A stretch of 56,873 bases of DNA from Thermoanaerobaculia bacterium (GTDB lineage: Bacteria > Acidobacteriota > Thermoanaerobaculia > UBA5066), in contig JBBQDQ010000004.1 of the NCBI GenBank assembly GCA_038319835.1, forward strand, positions 1-56,873, in the 5' to 3' direction. Under the pieces are notes generated by a model. The model was not told the DNA's origin. It made no database searches and was given only the letters and a program-made list of their open reading frames with translations. Numbering within the stretch: position 1 is the stretch's first letter; each line of letters opens with the position of its first letter. Below are positions 26,410-36,575 of the stretch, piece after piece. Both the position numbers and the translations under genes were made by a program.

Positions 26410-27420
26410 ATGAAGTCGGGCTATTACCACCATGCGATCGGGGATCTCCGCCAGCGGCTCAACGCCGCCGTGCCGAACGAGTCCCTGAAGGCGCTCCACC
26501 GCAAGAGCCCCGTGCGGCACTTCGCGGTCGCCGTGCGTCAGGCGGTCCTCTTCGCGGGGGCCTTCGCGCTCGGCTGGCAGTTCGAGAGCCTCTGGGTCCG
26601 CGTCCCGTGCGCTCTCGTCCTCGGCTTCGTCGTCTTCGACGGGACGGTCCTCTTGCACGAGGTCGTCCACAAGTCGGTCTTCGACGGCGACCGGCCCTCG
26701 GGCTACCGCGCGCTCGGCCTCCTCTACGCGCTGCCGTCCGGGATCTCGCCGACGCAGTTCACGCGCTGGCACCTCGACCACCACGCCGAGCTCGGCTCCC
26801 CGACGGACGACCCCAAGCGCGCCCACCTCTCACCGAAGAAGAACGCGCGGTGGCTCAAGATTCTCTACGCGACACCCGCGCTCTTCCCGATCTATTTCCG
26901 CGCCGCGCGCAAGGAGACTGCGACGTACCCGGAAACGCTCCGGCGCCGCATCCAGGCGGAGCGTCTCGCCGCGATCGGCCTCCACCTCCTCACGGCCGCC
27001 GCGATCGCGCGCTTCGGGGGTGCCGCGCGCCTCGTGTGGCTCTACCTCGTCCCGGTCTTCCTCGTCTTCCCGCCCGCGTTCGCGCTGAACCGCCTCGGCC
27101 AGCACTACGACATCGTTCCCGGGGAGCCGGCGAAGTGGGGCACGCGCATGGCGCGCGCGCCCCTCTGGGAGCTCGTCTACCTCTGGTCGAACCTCCACCT
27201 CGAGCACCATTACTACCCCGCCGTTCCCTTCTACCGGCTGCCCGCTCTCAACACCGCGCTCGTCCCGTTCTTCACGGCCGAGAAGATCCCGGCGCGCCGG
27301 TACCGCGACCTCCTTCGGGGCTGGATCGTGGAGAACCGCGCCCCACACTCCGACTGGAGCGTCCCCGCGCCGGACAGCGCGAGCGGCGCACGGGCTGTCC
27401 GGTCCGGTCCGGCGGCGTAG
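26410..27420 (+). CDS. Membrane fatty-acid-desaturase-family protein
   Basis: Three His boxes: HEVVH, HLDHH, HLEHH. Hydrophobic segments lie between them. Confidence 0.85.
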   Translation: MKSGYYHHAIGDLRQRLNAAVPNESLKALHRKSPVRHFAVAVRQAVLFAGAFALGWQFESLWVRVPCALVLGFVVFDGTVLLHEVVHKSVFDGDRPSGYRALGLLYALPSGISPTQFTRWHLDHHAELGSPTDDPKRAHLSPKKNARWLKILYATPALFPIYFRAARKETATYPETLRRRIQAERLAAIGLHLLTAAAIARFGGAARLVWLYLVPVFLVFPPAFALNRLGQHYDIVPGEPAKWGTRMARAPLWELVYLWSNLHLEHHYYPAVPFYRLPALNTALVPFFTAEKIPARRYRDLLRGWIVENRAPHSDWSVPAPDSASGARAVRSGPAA

Positions 27421-27437
27421 GGTAAAGTCCGGCGCAG

Positions 27438-29582
27438 ATGGCTGACGAAGCCGCCGCGCCCCGGGTGGACAAGTACGAGGGGCTGACGCGGGAAGACCTG
27501 CTCCACGCGTTTCGCAACATGGTCACGTCCCGGCGGATCGACGACAAGGAGATCCAGCTCAAGCGGCAGGGCCGCATCTTCTTTCAGATCTCGGGCGCCG
27601 GCCACGAGGCGCTCCAGACGGCCGTCGCCGCCCACATGAAGAAGGGCGTGGACTGGCTCTTCCCCTACTACCGCGACCGCGCCCTCTGTCTCGGCCTCGG
27701 CGTCACACCGCACGAGATGTTCCTAGAGGCCGTCGGCGCCGCGGCGGACCCGGCGTCCGCCGGCCGGCAGATGCCCTCGCACTGGGGCTCGTCGCGCCTG
27801 AACGTCTTCACGACCTCGTCCCCGACCGGCTCCGAGTGCCTCCCCGGCGTCGGCGCCGCCGAGGCGGGCCGATTCCTCCTCCGCCCCGACGCCGCGGCGA
27901 TCCGCGACCAGGCGGCGGGGGCGAAGGCGGCCTTCTCCGACGAGGTCGTCGTCGTCACGATCGGCGAAGGCGCGACGTCCGAAGGCGAATTCTGGGAGGC
28001 GCTGAACTCCGCCGCCACGCTCAAGCTCCCGGTCGTCTTCGTCGTAGAGGACAACGGCTACGCGATCTCCGTTCCCGTCGAGGTCAACACCCCGGGCGGG
28101 TCGATTTCGAGCCTCGTGCGCTCCTGGCCCGGCCTGTTCGTCGTCGAGGTGGACGGCTGCGACTACCTCGCCGCCTACGACGCGTTCCGCTACGCCTTCG
28201 CGTACGCGCGCGAACGCAAGGGTCCCGCGCTCGTCCACGGGCACGTCGTCCGGCCGTACTCGCACTCCCTTTCCGACGACGAGAAGCTCTACCGCTCCGA
28301 GAATGAACGGAAGAAGGACGCCGAGCGCGACCCGATCGTGCTCTTCGAGAAGTTCCTGATCGACGAGGCCCTCGCCACCGCGGACGAGGTCCGGGCGCTC
28401 CGGGACGAGATCGACGCCGAGGTGAGCCGGGCCGCCGACGAGGCGCTCACGAGCCCGCAGCCGGGCGCGGCCTCCGTTCTCGAGAACGTGTATTCCCCCG
28501 ACGCCGACCCGACGTCCGACGCCTTCGACACGGAAGACTCCCCGGCGTTCTCCGGCGATCCCACGACGATGGTCGACCTCGTGAATGCGGCCCTGCGGGA
28601 CGAGATGGCGCGCGACACCCGGATCGCCGTGTGGGGGGAGGACGTCGCCGACGCGAGCCACGCGGACGTCCTCGGGGAGTGCAAGGGCAAGGGCGGCGTC
28701 TTCAAGGTCACCGCGGGTCTCCAGAAGGCCTACGGCGGCGCGCGCGTCTTCAACTCGCCGCTGGCCGAGGCCGGCATCGTGGGCCGCGCGATCGGCTGGG
28801 CCGCCCGCGGCCTCAAGCCGGTCGTCGAGATCCAGTTCTTCGACTACATCTGGCCGGCGATGCAGCAGCTGCGCGACGAGCTCGCGACCGTGCGTTGGCG
28901 CTCCGGCGGGGTCTGGAAGGCCCCCGTCGTCGTCCGCGTGGCGATCGGCGGCTACCTGACCGGCGGCGGGCCGTACCACTCGCAGTCCGGCGAGGTCACC
29001 TTCACCCACATCCCGGGCCTGAGGGTCGTGATGCCGTCGAACGCGCTCGACGCGAACGGGCTCCTGCGCACGGCGATCCGCTGCGACGACCCGGTCCTCT
29101 TCCTCGAGCACAAGCACCTCTACCGCCAGACGCACAACAAGGGCCGCTATCCGGGCCGCGACTTCATGATCCCGTTCGGGAAGGCCCGCGTCGTGCGCCC
29201 CGGCGAGGACGTCACGGTCGTGACGTACGGCGCGACGGTCTACCGGAGCGCGGTCGCGGCGGCGTCGCTCGCCGAGGAGGCGGGCAAGCACGCCGAGGTG
29301 ATCGACCTGCGCACGCTCGCCCCGTACGACTGGGAGGCGATCGCCGCGAGCGTGAAGAAGACGAACCGGCTCCTCGTCGTCCACGAGGACTGGAAGACCC
29401 ACGGCTTCGGCGCCGAGATCGCGGCGCGCGCAGCCGACGAGCTCTTCGAGTGGCTGGACGCGCCGGTCCGGCGCGTCGCGGCTGAGGACGTCTTCTGCGG
29501 CTACGCGCCGCAGCTCGAGGACGCGACGCTCCCCCAGAGCGACGACATTCTCAACGCGCTCCGCGAGCTCGCCGCGTACTGA
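27438..29582 (+). CDS. Fused 2-oxoacid dehydrogenase E1 component (alpha+beta), TPP-dependent
   Basis: Alpha part: '[27 protein letters not shown]', '[16 protein letters not shown]'. Beta part: '[14 protein letters not shown]', '[17 protein letters not shown]', '[10 protein letters not shown]'. 714 aa. Confidence 0.9.
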   Translation: MADEAAAPRVDKYEGLTREDLLHAFRNMVTSRRIDDKEIQLKRQGRIFFQISGAGHEALQTAVAAHMKKGVDWLFPYYRDRALCLGLGVTPHEMFLEAVGAAADPASAGRQMPSHWGSSRLNVFTTSSPTGSECLPGVGAAEAGRFLLRPDAAAIRDQAAGAKAAFSDEVVVVTIGEGATSEGEFWEALNSAATLKLPVVFVVEDNGYAISVPVEVNTPGGSISSLVRSWPGLFVVEVDGCDYLAAYDAFRYAFAYARERKGPALVHGHVVRPYSHSLSDDEKLYRSENERKKDAERDPIVLFEKFLIDEALATADEVRALRDEIDAEVSRAADEALTSPQPGAASVLENVYSPDADPTSDAFDTEDSPAFSGDPTTMVDLVNAALRDEMARDTRIAVWGEDVADASHADVLGECKGKGGVFKVTAGLQKAYGGARVFNSPLAEAGIVGRAIGWAARGLKPVVEIQFFDYIWPAMQQLRDELATVRWRSGGVWKAPVVVRVAIGGYLTGGGPYHSQSGEVTFTHIPGLRVVMPSNALDANGLLRTAIRCDDPVLFLEHKHLYRQTHNKGRYPGRDFMIPFGKARVVRPGEDVTVVTYGATVYRSAVAAASLAEEAGKHAEVIDLRTLAPYDWEAIAASVKKTNRLLVVHEDWKTHGFGAEIAARAADELFEWLDAPVRRVAAEDVFCGYAPQLEDATLPQSDDILNALRELAAY

Positions 29583-29596
29583 AGAGAGAGAAGGCG

Positions 29597-30547
29597 ATGC
29601 GCGCACTCCGGCCCTGGGTCCTGGGAGCGCTCGCGTTCTCCCTCTTCTTCCTTTTCGGAGCGATCGCGGTCGATCCTTTCCCCGCGTACCGCGCCGCGAT
29701 GGAAGAGTGGCTCGCGATCTCGGGCGGCCACCGCGAGGTGTTTGCCAGCGACGACGGGAGCCGGCTGTCGGTCTGGGTGCTCGGCCCGCTCTCGGCCGAG
29801 CGTCCCGTGATCCTCCTGCACGGCCTGGGCGCGGACGCCTCGTACTGGGCCGGCACCGCGCGCGTCCTCGTCCGCGCCGGCCGGACCGTGCTCCTGCCAG
29901 ACGGCCCGGGCTCCGGCCGCAGCGAGCCGCCGCGTTCCGTCGCCGGCTATCGCGTTCCGGGCCGCATCGCGGCTCTCGACGCGCTCTTCCGCGCTCTCGC
30001 GCTCGACAAGGCGGATCTCGTCGGCCACTCGCTCGGCGGCTGGACAGCCGCGGCGTTCGCGCTCCGGCATCCGGAGAAGACCGGCCGCCTCGTCCTCGTG
30101 GACGCGGGCGGATTCGACGTCCCGGCCGACGTGGCCGCGGCGCGCCGCCGCGTCCTCCCGGCGGACCGCCCCGGCGCCCGGCGCGTTCTCGACCTCCTGT
30201 TCCACAGGAGGCCGTTTCCCGCCGCGGGCTTCGTCGTGAACGCGTTCGGCCGCAACTACGGAGGCGACCCCGCGGCCGCGACCGTGGCCGCCCTCGACCT
30301 CGCGGACGGCCTCGTGGGGCGCGGGAAGGACCTGCCTTTCGGGACCGCCGTGATCTGGGGAGCCGAGGAAACGCTTTTTCCGCTCCCGATCGGCCGCGAG
30401 CTCGCCGCCGCGATCCCGGGCGGCCGCCTCTTCGTCCTGCCGGGCGCCGGGCACGACGGCCCGCTCGAGACGCCGCACGCCTTCCACGCGGCGCTCGCAC
30501 AGGCGCTCACGTCTGCTCCCGCGCCTCAGTCGGGCGAAAGCCGGTAG
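29597..30547 (+). CDS. Alpha/beta hydrolase with an N-terminal membrane anchor
   Basis: TM helix 'WVLGALAFSLFFLFGAIAV'. 'VILLHGLGADASYW'. Nucleophile elbow 'VGHSLGGW'. C-terminal 'GAGHDGPLE'. Confidence 0.8.
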   Translation: MRALRPWVLGALAFSLFFLFGAIAVDPFPAYRAAMEEWLAISGGHREVFASDDGSRLSVWVLGPLSAERPVILLHGLGADASYWAGTARVLVRAGRTVLLPDGPGSGRSEPPRSVAGYRVPGRIAALDALFRALALDKADLVGHSLGGWTAAAFALRHPEKTGRLVLVDAGGFDVPADVAAARRRVLPADRPGARRVLDLLFHRRPFPAAGFVVNAFGRNYGGDPAAATVAALDLADGLVGRGKDLPFGTAVIWGAEETLFPLPIGRELAAAIPGGRLFVLPGAGHDGPLETPHAFHAALAQALTSAPAPQSGESR

Positions 30548-32070
30548 ACCGTGAACGTGGGCTTCCCCCACGGGTCGAAGCCATGCGCGACGACGGTGCC
30601 GCGATGCCCCGCGAGGCCCGCCGCCTCGAGCGCACCGCCGTCCGCGTAGAGGACGTTCTCGCCGAGCGTCACGCGCGCCCCGGCGAGGTCCCGGAACGCG
30701 ACGACGGGCCCGCGCCGCGCGCCCGGCGGCGCGAGGAGCTCCTCGACGACGTAGGGGTTCCGCGCGGCGCTGTGCGCGTCGAGGACCACGCGGGCGGGCG
30801 GGCCGCCGCGCGAGGCCGCCCGCAGCGCATCCGCGAGCTCGCGCTCGGGGCCCCCGAACGCGCCCCACGTCCGCGCAGAGGCGCCCCACCGCGCGAAACC
30901 GGCGACGTCCGCCGCGACCGCGGCGGCGACCACCACCGCAAGCGCAATCGCCGCGGGGCGGCGGCGCTCCGGTCCGAGCGCCTCGGTGAGCCGCGCCGCC
31001 CCGAGTCCCGCGAGAACGAGGACGTACGGCGCCATCGGAGAGATACGGTAGGCGTTCGCGCCCGCCTCCTCCGACGCGAGGAGGCCCCCCGCGAGGAAGA
31101 GCCCCGCCGGGAGGAGCAGCGCGCGGGCCGGTCCGCGGCGCGCGGCGCCCCACGCCGCCCCGGCGAGGGCGAGGCCCGCGACGGCTGCCGGGACGACGGG
31201 CCGCGCCGGGTCGCCGTGGCGCTCGTTGACGTCGCCGCGCCAGAAGAAGATCGCCGCGTAGTCCGCGACGTTCCGCGCGAGGAGGAGGCCGGCGTCGGCT
31301 CCGCCGTGCCGAAGCAGGGAGAGCTCCCGTTCGCGCGCGAAGAGACGCTCCGGCTGGCGGACGTAGTGCGCGGCGAGGGGCGCGAAGACGACGGCCTCCG
31401 CGGCGAGCGCGAGCGCCGCGAGGCGCGCGAGCGGGCGCCCGGGACTGCGGCTGCGGCGCACGAGGGCGAAGGCGAGGACCACCGCGGGCGCCGCGAGAAA
31501 GAGACGGCCCGCGGCGTAGCCGTAGGCGCCGAGCCCCGCGCAAGCGCCCGCGAGGATTGCGAGCGCTGCCGAGCCCGTCCGCCCCGCGCGCAGGCCCGCC
31601 CACGTCGCGAACGCAGCGAGCGCCGAGGTGGCGACGGCATCCCAGCCCCACCGCCCCGTCGTGAGGAGCCACATCGACGAGGCGCCCAGCGCGGCCGCGG
31701 CGCCGAACGCGAAGGGCCGCCCGCGGCCCGCTTCGGCGGCGAGAAGGAGCAGCGCGGCGAGCAGCGCGAGCGCCGGGAGGACCGAGAGCGCGCGGAAGGA
31801 CGCGAGCCCTCCGCCCGCGGCGACGTCCAGCGCCCGGACCGCACGCAGGGTGGGATTCGGCGTCCAGGCGTTCACAAAGCCTTCGCCCTCCGGCGTCAAG
31901 GCCGTCGTCCCGAAGAGGGGCGCGCCCTGAGGGAGCAGGCGCGACGCGCGGAGCGCGTAGGCCTCGTCGATCCACGGCCCGGGTGGCCACGCCGCGAGGT
32001 TCACGAGGCGCAGGCCGGCGCCGCACAGCGCTGCGAGCGTCACGACCAGGGCGACGCGCGCGCGCGTCAC
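30526..32070 (-). CDS. GT-C-like (PMT_2/ArnT-type) polytopic membrane glycosyltransferase candidate
   Basis: Last 514 codons of ORF 30526..33774. GTG 32070 overlaps the upstream stop (GTGA). 'RLVNLAAWPPGPWIDEAYALRAS' (first-loop DE motif). ~10 TM helices. Soluble C-terminal domain. Confidence 0.75.
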   Translation of the reverse strand: MTRARVALVVTLAALCGAGLRLVNLAAWPPGPWIDEAYALRASRLLPQGAPLFGTTALTPEGEGFVNAWTPNPTLRAVRALDVAAGGGLASFRALSVLPALALLAALLLLAAEAGRGRPFAFGAAAALGASSMWLLTTGRWGWDAVATSALAAFATWAGLRAGRTGSAALAILAGACAGLGAYGYAAGRLFLAAPAVVLAFALVRRSRSPGRPLARLAALALAAEAVVFAPLAAHYVRQPERLFARERELSLLRHGGADAGLLLARNVADYAAIFFWRGDVNERHGDPARPVVPAAVAGLALAGAAWGAARRGPARALLLPAGLFLAGGLLASEEAGANAYRISPMAPYVLVLAGLGAARLTEALGPERRRPAAIALAVVVAAAVAADVAGFARWGASARTWGAFGGPERELADALRAASRGGPPARVVLDAHSAARNPYVVEELLAPPGARRGPVVAFRDLAGARVTLGENVLYADGGALEAAGLAGHRGTVVAHGFDPWGKPTFTVYRLSPD

Positions 32071-33728
32071 TGCGGACCCCCGGGCTCGAACGTCGTGACG
32101 ACCGGTACGCTCGCGGACTCCGCGAACCGCTCGTCGAAGGCCTCCGCGAGGACCCGCCCGTCCATGTCGCGCGCGAGCGGTTCGCCCGCGAGGACGAGGA
32201 GCGTGGGTGCAAGATCGAGAACGCCGGCAGACGTGAGGCGGACGCCGGACCGCACTCCCGCGCCCGCGAGGAGGACGAACCCGTCGCGCGCGGCGTCCGG
32301 GCCCGACGCGGGCGCGCGCCCGCGGAAGAAGCTCACGACCGCTTCGGCGGACGAGGGCGGGCCCCACCCGACCGGCGCAAAGAGGCAGATCGTCCGCTCC
32401 CGGCCCTCGCGCTCGAGGATGTCCGCGAGCGTGTCGTCGAGGAACCGGTAGTACGCCTTGAGCGCCCGGGCCCGCGCCTCGGCGCCTTCGGGCGCGGTCA
32501 GCCCCCAGTACCGCGCGTCTCCGGCGCCGCCGAAGTGCCGCGCGGCCGTCGAGAGGCCGGACAGGACGAGCGCCGCGACGTTGTTCGGGCCCGCGGGAAG
32601 GGCGCCGAGCGCGGCTCCGACGACGCTCAGGTCGCGCGCGGCCCCGGCGGGCGGCTCCCGGCGCTCCGGGCCATCCGGCAGGCCGTCCGGCGCGAGCGCG
32701 CGCGCCAACGGGCGGTCGAGGTCGTCCGGCGAGACGCGGAAGAGGCGTGCGCGGCGCGCGGCCTCGGCCGGCCGTGCCGCGTCGTCGCCCGTCTCGCCCG
32801 CAAAGAAGCGGTCCGTCGCCCAGAGGACCGGCCCGTCGCGCGCCGGGGCCGAGCACGGCCAGTTCAGGACGGCCGTCTCGTGGCCGCGCGCGACGAGGAT
32901 CTCCCAGAACGTCAGGCTCCGGCGCCGCGCGCCGTCCTCGCGCACCCATATTCCGAGCGGCGGCACGAGTCGGCCGAGCCCGGGCACGACCGGCAGGACG
33001 CGGTACGTTCCCGAGAGCGCGTCCCGGCGGAATTCCGCGACGACGCCGTGCTTGGCCGGCTTCTTTCCGGTCGCGGCGGACGTCCAGAGGGCGGCGCGGT
33101 CGTACGGAGCGAGCGACACGAGCGGCCCTGCGGCGCCCTCGGAGAGAAGGCGCGCGAACGTCGGCAACGAGCCCTCCGACGCGAAGGCCGTCAGAAGGTC
33201 CCACGACACCCCCTCGATCCCGATCACGAGGAGGCTTCGGTGCACGGCCCGCGGCAGCGTCTCGGGCCTCGCAAGCGCGGTGCGCTCGGGAGTGCGCCGG
33301 CCCGCGAGCGGCGCGAGGAGGAGACCGACGAGGACGGCCGCGACGGGGCCCGCCGGCGCGCTCCGCCACGCGGTGAAGACGAGGAGGAGCGCTCCTCCGG
33401 CGAGCGCCAGCGCCGCTGCGACGAGAACGTGCCGCCCGCCCGCCGGGACGTAATCGAGCGTCGCCCGCCTCTGCATCTCGACCCCCGCGGCCCCGAGGCC
33501 GAGCAGGAGCGCGAGGAGGAGCGTCGCGGCGCGCGTCGCGGGCCGCTTCCTCAGCCACGCGAGCGGCGACAGGAGCGCGGCGCCGAGCGCACCGAGCACC
33601 GCGAGGGTACGCAGAGACTGCGCCGGCGCGAGCAGATCCGGATTCAGTCCGATCAGGACGTCGGCCGCGAGGGCGCCGGCCAGCGCCCCCGCCAGCACGA
33701 ACGGTAACGCCCGACGTCGCTCGTCCAT
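32067..33728 (-). CDS. Membrane-anchored alkaline-phosphatase-superfamily protein (type I phosphodiesterase/nucleotide pyrophosphatase-like)
   Basis: N-terminal TM helices, then 'SLLVIGIEGVSWDLL', 'TSAATGKKPAKHGV' and 'VLLAGAGVRSG' resembling the Phosphodiest family. It has G-I-E-G where family members usually carry G-x-D-G. Confidence 0.7.
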   Translation of the reverse strand: MDERRRALPFVLAGALAGALAADVLIGLNPDLLAPAQSLRTLAVLGALGAALLSPLAWLRKRPATRAATLLLALLLGLGAAGVEMQRRATLDYVPAGGRHVLVAAALALAGGALLLVFTAWRSAPAGPVAAVLVGLLLAPLAGRRTPERTALARPETLPRAVHRSLLVIGIEGVSWDLLTAFASEGSLPTFARLLSEGAAGPLVSLAPYDRAALWTSAATGKKPAKHGVVAEFRRDALSGTYRVLPVVPGLGRLVPPLGIWVREDGARRRSLTFWEILVARGHETAVLNWPCSAPARDGPVLWATDRFFAGETGDDAARPAEAARRARLFRVSPDDLDRPLARALAPDGLPDGPERREPPAGAARDLSVVGAALGALPAGPNNVAALVLSGLSTAARHFGGAGDARYWGLTAPEGAEARARALKAYYRFLDDTLADILEREGRERTICLFAPVGWGPPSSAEAVVSFFRGRAPASGPDAARDGFVLLAGAGVRSGVRLTSAGVLDLAPTLLVLAGEPLARDMDGRVLAEAFDERFAESASVPVVTTFEPGGPQ

Positions 33729-33763
33729 ATAATCCGCGCCCGGCGAGTCTCGCCTCCTTCCCG

Positions 33764-34570
33764 ATGGCCGTCAACGAAACGCTCCGTGTCCTCCGGACGC
33801 TGCATTACGACGCGGCGCACTATTCGCTTTACCTGCAGGCCGGCACGATCGGCGCGGCCGCGAAGGCGGGACAGTTCGCGATGCTGCAGGCCGGGGACGG
33901 GCTCCGCCCGTACCTCCGGCGCGCGTTCTCGATCGCGGACGTCACGACCGTCGCGGGCGTGCCCGCGCTCGAGTTCGTCGTGAAGGCCGTGGGCGTCGGC
34001 ACCGGTGCGCTGGGCCGGCTCCCGGAGGGAACGCCCGTGCCCGTGCTCGGTCCGCTCGGGGTCCCCTTCCCCGTGGACGACCTCAAGGCCGGCGACCGCG
34101 TCGCCCTCGTCGCGGGCGGCATCGGCCTCGCGCCGCTCGTCCTGCTCGCGCGCACCCTCGCCGCGCGCGGCCTCGCCGCCGACCTCTACTACGGCGGGCG
34201 CAACGAGAACGACGTCCTGAAGCGCACGGACTTCGAGCGCTTCCTCGGCTCGCACCGCTGCCGGTACGCGACGGACGACGGCTCCCTCGGCCGGCGCGGG
34301 CGCGTCACCGACGTCCTGGCGCACGCCCTCGAGGGCGGGACGTCCTACCGGCGCGTTTTCGCGTGCGGCCCGCTCCCGATGTTCCGGACGCTCGCGGCGC
34401 TCGTCGAGAAGGCGGGCCTCGACGCCTCCTTCGCGATGGAGTCGGAGATGGCCTGCGGCTTCGGCGTCTGCCTCGGCTGCGTCGCGCCGACGGCGGACGG
34501 CCGCTTCGCCACGATCTGCAGGGAGGGGCCCTGCGTGCCCCCGTCCTTCATCGACTGGAAGAAGGTCTGA
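33764..34570 (+). CDS. pyrK: Dihydroorotate dehydrogenase (type 1B) electron-transfer subunit
   Basis: 'GQFAMLQ..LRRAFSIAD', 'GPLGVPF', 'LVAGGIGLAPL', and C-terminal 2Fe-2S ligands 'CGFGVCLGCV'. Confidence 0.9.
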   Translation: MAVNETLRVLRTLHYDAAHYSLYLQAGTIGAAAKAGQFAMLQAGDGLRPYLRRAFSIADVTTVAGVPALEFVVKAVGVGTGALGRLPEGTPVPVLGPLGVPFPVDDLKAGDRVALVAGGIGLAPLVLLARTLAARGLAADLYYGGRNENDVLKRTDFERFLGSHRCRYATDDGSLGRRGRVTDVLAHALEGGTSYRRVFACGPLPMFRTLAALVEKAGLDASFAMESEMACGFGVCLGCVAPTADGRFATICREGPCVPPSFIDWKKV

Positions 34571-35514
34571 TGGCCGTCGACCTCGCCGTCCAGATGGGCC
34601 GCTTGCGCCTGAAGAACCCCATCGGAACGGCCTCGGGCACTTTCGGCTACGGCCTCGAGTTCGCGGACTACCTCGACCTCTCGGCGCTCGGTGCGATCTC
34701 GATCAAGGGCCTGTCGCGCCGCCCCTGCCACGGCAACCCGCCCCCGCGCATCTGCGAGACGGACGCCGGGATGCTGAACGCGATCGGCCTCCAGAACGTC
34801 GGCGTCGACGCCTTCCTCACCGAGAAGCTCCCCGAGCTCCACAAAAGGGGCGCGACCGTGATCGCGAACGTCTGGGGGGACGCCGAGGAGGACTACGTCG
34901 CCGTCGTCGAACGCATCGGCGCGGACCGCCGCGTCGCCGCGATCGAGCTCAACGTCTCCTGCCCGAACGTCGTGAAGGGCGGGATGATCTTCGGGAACAA
35001 CCCCCAGGCGCTCGCCGCCCTCGTCAGGAAGGTCCGGGCCGCCACGCCGCACGTCCTCGTCGTGAAGCTCTCGCCGAACGTGACGGACATCGTCTCGGTC
35101 GCCGAGGCCGCTGTGGACGCCGGCGCGGACGCGCTCTCGCTCATCAACACGCTCGTCGGCCTCGCGATCGACCTCGAGACGCGGACGCCGAAGATCGGCT
35201 TCACGACGGGCGGCCTGTCGGGCCCGGCGATCCGCCCGGTCGCGCTCCGGATGGTGTGGGAGGTCCGCAAGGCGCTCCCGAAGATCCCGATCTTCGGGAT
35301 GGGCGGGATCGAGACCGTGGAGAACGTCGTCGAGTTCCTCATCGCGGGGGCGAACGCCGTCCAGATCGGCACCGCGAACTTTCGGGACCCGTCCCTCGCG
35401 GGCCGCCTCGTCGGCGAGCTCGCGGCCTGGTGCGACGAGCGGAAGATCGCCCGCGTCTCGGACCTCGTCGGCACCCTGAAGACGCGGCCCCGCGAGGACC
35501 ACCGGTTTGCCTGA
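34570..35514 (+). CDS. pyrD: Dihydroorotate dehydrogenase catalytic subunit
   Basis: ATG 34570 shares one base with the pyrK stop (TGATG). '[13 protein letters not shown]', '[11 protein letters not shown]', '[14 protein letters not shown]', 'IFGMGGI'. Confidence 0.93.
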   Translation: MAVDLAVQMGRLRLKNPIGTASGTFGYGLEFADYLDLSALGAISIKGLSRRPCHGNPPPRICETDAGMLNAIGLQNVGVDAFLTEKLPELHKRGATVIANVWGDAEEDYVAVVERIGADRRVAAIELNVSCPNVVKGGMIFGNNPQALAALVRKVRAATPHVLVVKLSPNVTDIVSVAEAAVDAGADALSLINTLVGLAIDLETRTPKIGFTTGGLSGPAIRPVALRMVWEVRKALPKIPIFGMGGIETVENVVEFLIAGANAVQIGTANFRDPSLAGRLVGELAAWCDERKIARVSDLVGTLKTRPREDHRFA

Positions 35515-36229
35515 CGCGCGCGCCCGGCTGGCCATCGCCCTCGACCTGCCCGATCGCTCCGCGCTCCTCGCGATGGCCCGCCGCGTCGCACCGGAGGCGG
35601 GGGTCCTCAAGCTCGGCCTCGAGGCGTTCGTCGCGGAGGGTCCCGCCCTCGTGCGCGAGGTCGTCGCGGCCGGCGCAGAGGTCTTCCTCGACCTGAAGCT
35701 CCACGACATTCCGAACACCGTCGGCCGCGCCGCCGCCGCAGCCGTCGCGACGGGAGCGGCGCTCGTGAACTGCCACGCCTCCGGCGGACGCGACATGATG
35801 CGGGCGTTCGGGGACGAGGGCCGCGCGGCCGCCGCAAAGGCCGCTCGCCCCGCCCCGAAGCTCATCGCCGTCACGATCCTGACATCCCTGGATGCGGCCG
35901 GGCTCGCCGCGATCGGACTCGCGGGATCTCCCCGCGAGGCGGCCGTGCGCCTCGCCGCGCTCGCGCAGGAATCCGGCCTCGACGGCGTCGTCTGCTCGCC
36001 CGAGGAGATCGCCGCAATCCGTGCCGCCTGCGGGAGGGACTTCCTCCTCGTCGTCCCGGGAGTCCGGCCCGCGGGCGCGGCCCTCGGGGACCAGCGGCGC
36101 GTCGCGACGCCGGCCGACGCGATCCGCGCGGGCGCCGACCTTCTCGTCGTCGGCCGCCCGATCACGGGCGCGCCCGACCCTGCCGCCGCCGCGCGCGCAG
36201 TCGCCGCCGAGATCGCGGCCGCGCTCTGA
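35507..36229 (+). CDS. pyrF: Orotidine-5'-phosphate decarboxylase
   Basis: TTG 35507 (8-nt overlap with pyrD). 'LAIALDLPD', '[14 protein letters not shown]', 'LLVVGRPI'. Confidence 0.9.
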   Translation: MPDARARLAIALDLPDRSALLAMARRVAPEAGVLKLGLEAFVAEGPALVREVVAAGAEVFLDLKLHDIPNTVGRAAAAAVATGAALVNCHASGGRDMMRAFGDEGRAAAAKAARPAPKLIAVTILTSLDAAGLAAIGLAGSPREAAVRLAALAQESGLDGVVCSPEEIAAIRAACGRDFLLVVPGVRPAGAALGDQRRVATPADAIRAGADLLVVGRPITGAPDPAAAARAVAAEIAAAL

Positions 36230-36236
36230 CCCGTCG

Positions 36237-36575
36237 CTACTCGACCTTGATCTTCTCGTAGCGCGGAGCGCCGTCGGGCCTGGCGGCGCGCTCGGCGAGC
36301 GAGATCTCCTCGTCGAGGAAGTCGCGCAGCGCCTTCAGGAGCTCGATGCCCGAGAACGCGGCGCGGCCAAGCGCCGCGCGGCCCGCGAGGGACATCGAGA
36401 ACCGCCCGAAGAGTCCCGCCGCCGGGCGCAGCAGGCAGCCTTCCCCGCCGCAGGCGAGGCCCGGGATCGGACCGCCGGCACGCGGCGCGGCCGCGGGCTC
36501 CGGCTCGACCCCGGCGGAGACTCCCGGCCCGAAATCGGCTTCGAGAGGATCGGCGGGCTTCTTCTTGCGTGCCAT
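36237..36575 (-). CDS. Small hypothetical protein (112 aa) translationally coupled to the ArsA-like ATPase
   Basis: ATG 36575 shares one base with the ArsA stop (TGATG). High GC3 throughout. MARKKKPADPLE.., a Gly/Pro-rich middle with 'CGGEGC', and a helical C-terminus 'IELLKALRDFLDEEISLAERA'. No family recognised. Confidence 0.5.
   Translation of the reverse strand: MARKKKPADPLEADFGPGVSAGVEPEPAAAPRAGGPIPGLACGGEGCLLRPAAGLFGRFSMSLAGRAALGRAAFSGIELLKALRDFLDEEISLAERAARPDGAPRYEKIKVE

Noticed and set aside
33728-33733. TATAAT hexamer 30 nt upstream of pyrK, and a TAGAAT (minus strand, 42109-42114) 37 nt upstream of lepA, as -10 promoter elements. GATAAT at 564-569 is a similar case.
   Set aside because: They are plausible, but there is no matching -35 element and no transcript data. 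Isolated hexamers are not enough to call promoters, so I did not list them as features.
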